A DNA stretch of 64,000 nt from an uncultured Planctomycetales bacterium (lineage in GTDB: Bacteria; Omnitrophota; Gorgyraeia; Zapsychrales; JAHFFX01): assembly GCA_964612665.1 (NCBI GenBank), contig CAZTCI010000008.1, positions 1,083 to 65,082 of the forward strand. Reading direction: 5' to 3'. Below the pieces are notes generated by a model. That model made no database searches. It had not been told where the DNA came from and saw nothing but the letters and a program-made list of their open reading frames with translations. Numbering within the stretch: position 1 is the first letter of the stretch; every line of letters starts with the position of its first letter. This document shows, piece after piece, positions 58,909 to 64,000 of the stretch. The translations under genes were made by a program, and so were the position numbers.

Positions 58909-59343
58909 ATGAGGACGAAATTAACCGGTGTGATTTTAGGTGTAGCGATTTTTGCGTTTTGCCGGATCGGCGCAGCGGCGGACGATGGTTTTGTGGCGAG
59001 CAAAGGTTCCGATAAATACCACGTTACGACCTGCAGTGTCGCGAAACAAATTAAGCCAGAAAAACGTATTCATTTCAATTCAGAAAGTGAAGCCGTTAAA
59101 GCCGGCTACACGCCTTGTAAGCTTTGTATTAAAAGAAACGCTAAAAAAATTGCCTTTGTGGCCAGCAAAGATTCGGATAAATACCATTTACCGACGTGCA
59201 AAATGGCTGCCAAGATTAATTCTAATAAACAGGTGACCTTTGCTAGTCAAGAGGAAGCCGAGAAAGCTGGCTATAAACCCTGCCAGATTTGTCTTCCTTC
59301 GGCGCCGGCTGCGAATGATATGAAGAAAAAGTCGAAGAAATAA
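58909..59343 (+). CDS. Secreted protein with two tandem Ada-type Zn-binding-like (Cys4) domains.
   Basis: ATG 58909 has an AAAGGAGA RBS. The signal peptide is MRTKLTGVILGVAIFAFCRIGAAA. The two repeats are SKGSDKYHVTTCSVAK..FNSESEAVKAGYTPCKLC and SKDSDKYHLPTCKMAA..FASQEEAEKAGYKPCQIC, which resemble the Ada N-terminal E.A..AG.RPCK.C motif. Confidence 0.55.
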   Translation: MRTKLTGVILGVAIFAFCRIGAAADDGFVASKGSDKYHVTTCSVAKQIKPEKRIHFNSESEAVKAGYTPCKLCIKRNAKKIAFVASKDSDKYHLPTCKMAAKINSNKQVTFASQEEAEKAGYKPCQICLPSAPAANDMKKKSKK

Positions 59344-59358
59344 TGACTTTGACCAAAT

Positions 59359-59400
59359 CAACCGCGGGGGTTGAATGAATTCATTCAACCCCCGCGGTTG
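59359..59400. repeat. Orphan REP palindrome (same family as the RAYT-flanking REPs); probable terminator.
   Basis: caaccgcgggggttgaatgaa-t-tcattcaacccccgcggttg is a 20-bp perfect inverted repeat. Confidence 0.8.
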
Positions 59401-59423
59401 AAGGGTCAAGAGGGAGAGGAACA

Positions 59424-60047
59424 ATGAGAAGAATTTTAGGAAATACCTTAATGAAAGTATTAGTGCCCGCCGTTATTGCGCTGGGATCGGGCGGCGCTTT
59501 TGAAAATAATCTTTGGGCGGAAGTTTCTAAACAGCCCCAAGATAAACCCAAACAATATTCAAAACAATAAATTGAACGCGGGCGTTATCTTGTCCGTACG
59601 ACCGGTTGTAACGATTGCCACACGCCTTTGATCATGAAAGAAACCGGACCCGAACCCGATATGACAAAGATGTTATCGGGACATCCATCGTCGCTTAAAA
59701 TGCCAGCGCCGCCAAAACTTCCTGAAGGCCCATGGGTCTGGTTAGGAGCTGGCACCAATACCGCATTCGCCGGACCATGGGGTATCAGTTACGCCACTAA
59801 TTTAACACCCGACGAGAATACTGGTATCGGCGTTTGGACTGAAGACATTTTTGTGAACACCATCCGTACTGGCAAACACTGGGGTGTTGCCCGTCCGATC
59901 CTCACGCCTATGCCCTGGCAAGATTTTGCGCAAATGTCCGACGAGGATTTAAAATCTATTTATGCTTATCTAAAAACCTTAACGCCCATTCATAACCAAG
60001 TGCCCGAAGCGGTTGTGGCACAGCCGCCGGCCAAGGAGGAAAAATAA
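59424..60047 (+). pseudogene. Mono-haem c-type cytochrome (class I-like) interrupted by an in-frame TAA at 59568-59570.
   Basis: A strong RBS (AGGGAGAGGA) precedes ATG 59424. The signal peptide is MRRILGNTLMKVLVPAVIALGSGGAFE. An in-frame TAA follows. The same frame continues as ERGRYLVRTTGCNDCHTP (a CxxCH haem site), then a C-terminal DEDLKSIYAYLKTL typical of class I cytochrome c. The ORF finder reports only 59628-60047, which begins after the CxxCH. Confidence 0.5.
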
Positions 60048-60274
60048 TGCGCCTCGTTAGTTTATTCGTGGCCATCATGTTGATTGCAACGGCCGCTTTC
60101 GCCGGAGAATTGACCTGGCGTGATCTTGCCGCAAAGCCTGAGCTTCTACCCAGCCAGTGTACAATCAAGCAAGGGTTTCAGTTTCAAAGCGGGTTAAGTG
60201 TGAAGTATAAAAATTTTAAGGAGAACCATCTTGAATCCCGAAACGAATTCAACCCAACTTGCCCAAGGTATTAA
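60047..60274 (+). CDS. Small hypothetical secreted protein (75 aa).
   Basis: The signal peptide is MRLVSLFVAIMLIATAAFA. Its start overlaps the cytochrome stop as TAATG. Confidence 0.35.
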   Translation: MRLVSLFVAIMLIATAAFAGELTWRDLAAKPELLPSQCTIKQGFQFQSGLSVKYKNFKENHLESRNEFNPTCPRY

Positions 60275-61169
60275 ATCTATTCTATCTGCACCCGGTATGC
60301 CGTTTATGGCGACGGATTATGGTTGGGCGATTGGGATTTATGAGGGGGCTTCGCCGTTTGATCTTCGGGCCCCCAGATTTTTAAACCCGGTCTTAAAAGC
60401 CCACGATGTGACTGACGTTAAAGCGGAGTTTGTGGCTGATCCTTTTTTAGTTAAAAAGAATGCCAGATATTATTTATTCTTTGAAGTGTTAAATGCCGGA
60501 AATTCCCGCGGCGAAATTGGTCTGGCCATCAGTCTCGACGCAAAGCGCTGGCATTATGAGCGGATTATTTTAAAAGAGCCGTTTCATTTGTCTTACCCTC
60601 ACGTTTTTGAGTGGCAAAATGAATTTTATATGATTCCGGAATCAAAAGAGGCCAACGCCGTGCGTCTTTATCGCGCTCAAAAATTTCCCGAAGTTTGGGA
60701 ATGCATCGCGACTTTGTTTCCTGACCAATTTTCGGACCATGCCCTTCTTTATTACCAAAACCGCTGGTGGCTGTGGCTTGCCAAAGGCAATGATTCGGTT
60801 TATCTGTTTTATGCCGATAAACTTACCGGCCCGTGGCAAGAACACCCCCGCAGTCCGTTGATGAAAGACAATGCTAATTACGCGCGTCCCGCCGGGCGGT
60901 TGATTGAATGGAACAATCAAATCATCCGCTTTGTGCAGGATGACGGGGCGCATTACGGCCATCAGGTCTTTGCTTTTCGGGTCACGACTTTAACGCCGGA
61001 TGAATACCGCGAAGAGCTGGTTTCGGAAAAACCGTTTCTTGCCCCCAGCGGCAAAGGGTGGAACGCCCGCAAGATGCACCATGTTTCTCTTCTGGAAGAC
61101 CGGCCTGGATGCTGGATCGCCGTCGTCGATGGTATGGGTAAAAATATTTTTTTTGGTTTTAGAAAGTAA
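60231..61169 (+). CDS. Putative beta-propeller glycosidase-like protein (GH43/GH130-like fold). The start is possibly at 60297.
   Basis: The ADPF..YYLFFE..W...EPF..SYPHVFEW..YMIPES pattern resembles five-bladed beta-propeller glycoside hydrolases or phosphorylases. The identification is weak. Confidence 0.35.
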   Translation: MNPETNSTQLAQGIKSILSAPGMPFMATDYGWAIGIYEGASPFDLRAPRFLNPVLKAHDVTDVKAEFVADPFLVKKNARYYLFFEVLNAGNSRGEIGLAISLDAKRWHYERIILKEPFHLSYPHVFEWQNEFYMIPESKEANAVRLYRAQKFPEVWECIATLFPDQFSDHALLYYQNRWWLWLAKGNDSVYLFYADKLTGPWQEHPRSPLMKDNANYARPAGRLIEWNNQIIRFVQDDGAHYGHQVFAFRVTTLTPDEYREELVSEKPFLAPSGKGWNARKMHHVSLLEDRPGCWIAVVDGMGKNIFFGFRK

Positions 61170-61190
61170 TCTGAATTTTATGACACACCT

Positions 61191-62405
61191 ATGAATATCT
61201 GCTATCTTTGCCGAACCTTCCACCGCTCAAGAGGTGGGGTCGAAACAACCTATTATCTTTTGGCCAAACATCTGGCCGCGCGAGGGCACACGGTCCACAT
61301 CATTACCCTCAAAGGGCAAGAGCGGTTTTATTTGCAGGATTTAGGGAAGCGGGTTTTTATTCACAAAATTGATTTTACCGAACGCCCCTTTCCTGGCTAC
61401 TGGCATATTGACCATATCTTACCGCTTACAAATTTTCGATACGCTAAAGCTGTTTCCCAGAAACTCAAAGAGATCACTCGAACATATCCCATTGACATCG
61501 TCGTCACCCCGGACGGTTTTGGCGAAGCCATTTTTGTATTGTGGGAGAAAAAATTCCCCGTGCATTTGCGTCTGCACGGGCACAAAGGTTTGTTGCAGCG
61601 GTATCACACACAGAACCTTTACCGCGGGATGCGGGACCGTGTCTTGTGGTTAAGTGAATGGTATATTTTAAAAAATGCGCACGGCATAACGGCAGTTTCA
61701 TCTGAATTTGCAGATCTGGTTAAAAAAGTTTGGCGGTTCAAAGATCTCGATGTCTCAATCGTTCATTCTGGCGTTGATCAAACTGTTTTCAACTCTGATC
61801 AACAGATTAACGTGAGAAAAGACGTCTTTTTCGTCGGGCGTCTTGAAGAAAATAAAGGGATCGGTATATTAATTCAAGCCATACCAGTCATTCTTAAAGC
61901 GTTTCCGACCTTAAAATTTTGTTTTGCTGGGGCGGACGGTCCGTGCGGAACCGGAGGCGGAAACTGGAGGGAGTTTATATTAAGTAAAATTCCCAAAGAA
62001 AATGTTTTGTTCTTAGGACAAATACCGACGGAAGAACTCATTCAGTATTATCAGAAATCCGCTGTTACGGTTTTTCCTTCACTCTATGAAGCGGGCGGCA
62101 ATGCAGCGCTTGAGTCGATGGCGTGCGGATGTCCGACGGTTGCCAGTAATTTGGGGGGATTCGCGGAGTTTATTTGTAGCCGTGAGGACGGTATTTTGAT
62201 TCCACCCCAAGATGTTGAAAGGCTTGTTCAGTCAGTTTGTGAAATATTAACAAATCCACATCTGGCAGGAAAATTGTCGCAAAATTCCGTGGCAAAAGTG
62301 ACCAATCATTTTAATATTGAAAAAATTTGCGACAAAACAATTGAAGCGTATCAGTCCACAATCAATAACTTTAACTGTCGCCAAAGAGTTCAACGTAAGG
62401 TTTGA
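61191..62405 (+). CDS. Glycosyltransferase family 4 (GT-B; group 1).
   Basis: FVGRLEENKGIGILIQAI...E-x7-E region: EAGGNAALESMACGCPTVASNLGGFAEFI. Confidence 0.8.
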   Translation: MNICYLCRTFHRSRGGVETTYYLLAKHLAARGHTVHIITLKGQERFYLQDLGKRVFIHKIDFTERPFPGYWHIDHILPLTNFRYAKAVSQKLKEITRTYPIDIVVTPDGFGEAIFVLWEKKFPVHLRLHGHKGLLQRYHTQNLYRGMRDRVLWLSEWYILKNAHGITAVSSEFADLVKKVWRFKDLDVSIVHSGVDQTVFNSDQQINVRKDVFFVGRLEENKGIGILIQAIPVILKAFPTLKFCFAGADGPCGTGGGNWREFILSKIPKENVLFLGQIPTEELIQYYQKSAVTVFPSLYEAGGNAALESMACGCPTVASNLGGFAEFICSREDGILIPPQDVERLVQSVCEILTNPHLAGKLSQNSVAKVTNHFNIEKICDKTIEAYQSTINNFNCRQRVQRKV

Positions 62406-62412
62406 TCTTTTC

Positions 62413-62619
62413 ATGCTTTCCTTCAGACTAAAAACCGATTTCATAACTCTCGCTCAACTCCTTAAAGCCGCCGACCTTTGCGCCAGCGGCGGGGAAGCGG
62501 GGCGTTATATAGATGAAGGTGAAGTCAAGGTGGGTGGTCAGGTTGAAACGCGTCGAGGGCGAAAGATTCGCGCCGGGCAGGCGGTTGAATTTCGAGACGA
62601 GAAGATTGTGGTGGAATGA
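62413..62619 (+). CDS. S4-domain RNA-binding protein (YbcJ-like, ribosome-associated).
   Basis: The sequence is MLSFRLKTDFITLAQLLKAADLCASGGEAGRYIDEGEVKVGGQVETRRGRKIRAGQAV. The protein is ~68 aa. Confidence 0.7.
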   Translation: MLSFRLKTDFITLAQLLKAADLCASGGEAGRYIDEGEVKVGGQVETRRGRKIRAGQAVEFRDEKIVVE

Positions 62620-62704
62620 AAGAAAACAGTTTCGCCCATTGAGGCCTACGGTCTGGTTTGGCAGGCGGCCGAAGAAAAGTTAAAAATAAAAGACAAACAA
62701 CAAA

Positions 62705-64000
62705 TTATTTCCCTAAAAACCAGCTGACTTTTTTGCGCGGCTGTTCTTCGACGGATGGTTTGGTTTGTTTTTCTTTAAGTTTTCTGCGGTTGAACTCTTC
62801 GACCAGGGCCGATTGTTCGGCGGTTTCTTCTAGTTCTTCTTTGATGGGCTGTTGAGGCGGCGCTGGTGGCGCTGGTGGTTTTTCACCCAGGATAATGCGA
62901 TTAAAGATTTCTTGAAAGGCGTTGATTGTTTTGTCGGACAACGTAATTTGGGTGCCTTTGGATTTCTCATGAAAACGCCGCGCGGCGAACACATCGTTGA
63001 TATTCTTAGTGCGCAGATATTGAGAATTTAAAACATTGGCGTTGCGGTTCGCCGGTAGCATTTCGGTTTCGCCCGGCACAATGAACGTGTAGAAATCGTT
63101 TAGCGAAAATAAATCTTCGGTCGATAATCCTGCTTGCAGCGGAATATAAACAATACTCTTTTCATCCAAGCCAAAAGTGTTTTTAAGTTCAGTCCTTGTC
63201 TGATCACCTTCCTGCGGATACCGCAAAACAACCCGGAAATCAAAATTAAACCCTTTTAAAAGCGAAACAAGTTGTTCCAGCTGTCCATCGCTGGGGCAGG
63301 GGATCAAATTGATTTCCTTTTGGTCCGGCAATTCAATGTACTGTTTCAAAATGTCGAGCAGATAATAATCAACCATATTGGGGACCACAATATTCCATTT
63401 GCCGGCAAAAGGAAGGGACCCGGCGTTTTCCATCTGTAACGCCGTGTGAATCGGAATCATCGTATCAGCGTCGACATCCTTCGGAATGTGATTGCTGATC
63501 ATGGAACCGTCCTCAGGTGTCTTCATGATGAGACGCACTCGGTCTAAGCGAATCGGATTAATGAAATAAGGAGAATGGGTGCTTAAGATGACATGAGATT
63601 GCGGGGCGATTCTGCGTTCTAAAACTCTTAAAATTTCTCGCTGTGCCTTGGCATGGAGATTCATCCCCGGTTCATCGATCAAAATAATATTATTTTTAGA
63701 TTCCTGCGCAGCCAACCGAAGATAAAAAGACAGAAACCATTGAAATCCTTTACTGCGCTGTTCAATTTTAAAGATGTCTGTGCGGTCCTTTTCTTTGACG
63801 CCAAACAAAATCATATCGCCTTCTGGTTTTACGACGATCTCAATGCGGTTTTGCTGCCAGTAATCGCAGAATTCTCCGTTAAGAACCGCGGAATGATGCC
63901 CAAGGATATTAATCCGGCGCTGAATATCCTGAACATTAATAATCTTATCCAAATCCAAACCGCAGATCCGGGCAAAATCGCGCAGCGGTTCGACTTCTTT
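62705..64000 (-). CDS. C-terminal part of an SMC/ABC-type AAA ATPase (AAA_15/AAA_21-like) with a C-terminal Toprim/DUF4435-like region. The N-terminus lies beyond the window edge.
   Basis: The Walker B/D-loop is IILIDEPGMNLHAKAQ and the H-loop is LSTHSPYFI. The reading frame continues past nt 64000, so no Walker A is visible. Such ATPases are frequently OLD-family or abortive-infection proteins. Confidence 0.55.
   Translation of the reverse strand, partial: KEVEPLRDFARICGLDLDKIINVQDIQRRINILGHHSAVLNGEFCDYWQQNRIEIVVKPEGDMILFGVKEKDRTDIFKIEQRSKGFQWFLSFYLRLAAQESKNNIILIDEPGMNLHAKAQREILRVLERRIAPQSHVILSTHSPYFINPIRLDRVRLIMKTPEDGSMISNHIPKDVDADTMIPIHTALQMENAGSLPFAGKWNIVVPNMVDYYLLDILKQYIELPDQKEINLIPCPSDGQLEQLVSLLKGFNFDFRVVLRYPQEGDQTRTELKNTFGLDEKSIVYIPLQAGLSTEDLFSLNDFYTFIVPGETEMLPANRNANVLNSQYLRTKNINDVFAARRFHEKSKGTQITLSDKTINAFQEIFNRIILGEKPPAPPAPPQQPIKEELEETAEQSALVEEFNRRKLKEKQTKPSVEEQPRKKVSWFLGK

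Noticed and set aside
59568-59570. Stop-codon reassignment to explain the in-frame TAA in the cytochrome c gene.
   Set aside because: TAA terminates several well-supported genes in this window (e.g. fibre paralog 3 at 15771-15773). Pseudogenisation or a sequencing error is more parsimonious.
62658-62855. 65-aa ORF on the + strand.
   Set aside because: It is antisense to the well-supported ATPase gene, has low-complexity Ser/Cys-rich composition and has no RBS.
1-64000. CRISPR array.
   Set aside because: No short direct repeats with unique spacers were found. All periodicities found are protein-coding repeats or REP/MITE-type palindromes.

Overview
This is a 64-kb window from an uncultivated, moderately AT-rich bacterium with a Gram-negative-type envelope: its proteins include an outer-membrane beta-barrel, AsmA and signal-peptide proteins. 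No prophage genes, tRNA or rRNA genes, or CRISPR arrays were found. All calls below come from reading the ORF translations; no database search or RNA folding was possible.

**Left ~35 kb: accessory cell-surface region.**
- Three tandem paralogous giant genes (>1075 aa, 2075 aa and ~2050 aa; the first is truncated by the window edge). Each has a signal peptide, ~75-aa Gly/Asn/Thr-rich fibre-like repeats, and a C-terminal phage-tail-fibre-type intramolecular chaperone domain (peptidase S74-like). The paralogs share large near-identical blocks.
- A REP-associated tyrosine transposase (RAYT, IS200/Y1-like) flanked by inverted REP palindromes.
- A translationally coupled operon: a 3020-aa surface protein (beta-helix repeats, DUF11, SdrD-B-like, beta-barrel-like C-terminus), a 2206-aa charged coiled-coil protein with nine isolated TPR-like modules, and a small secreted protein.

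**Right ~29 kb: mostly housekeeping.**
- DUF255 thioredoxin-like protein, AsmA, NUDIX hydrolase, a membrane spermidine-synthase-like protein, GT-C-like and GT2 genes, recG, rsmD, coaD, yceD, rpmF, plsX, fabH, fabD.
- A large duplicated beta-helix/Ig-like secreted protein, DUF488, a secreted protein with two Ada-type Zn-finger-like domains, a disrupted cytochrome c, a GT4, an S4 protein, and a partial AAA ATPase at the right edge.

**Non-genic signals.**
- A ~95-bp structured repeat present in three copies.
- REP palindromes, including an orphan copy.
- A four-helix-bundle gene cassette bounded by perfect inverted repeats inserted between fabH and fabD, plus an empty solo copy of the same inverted-repeat element between recG and rsmD.
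- A GC-rich rod-like hairpin in a divergent intergenic region (candidate ncRNA).
- Several long-stem hairpins and terminators.
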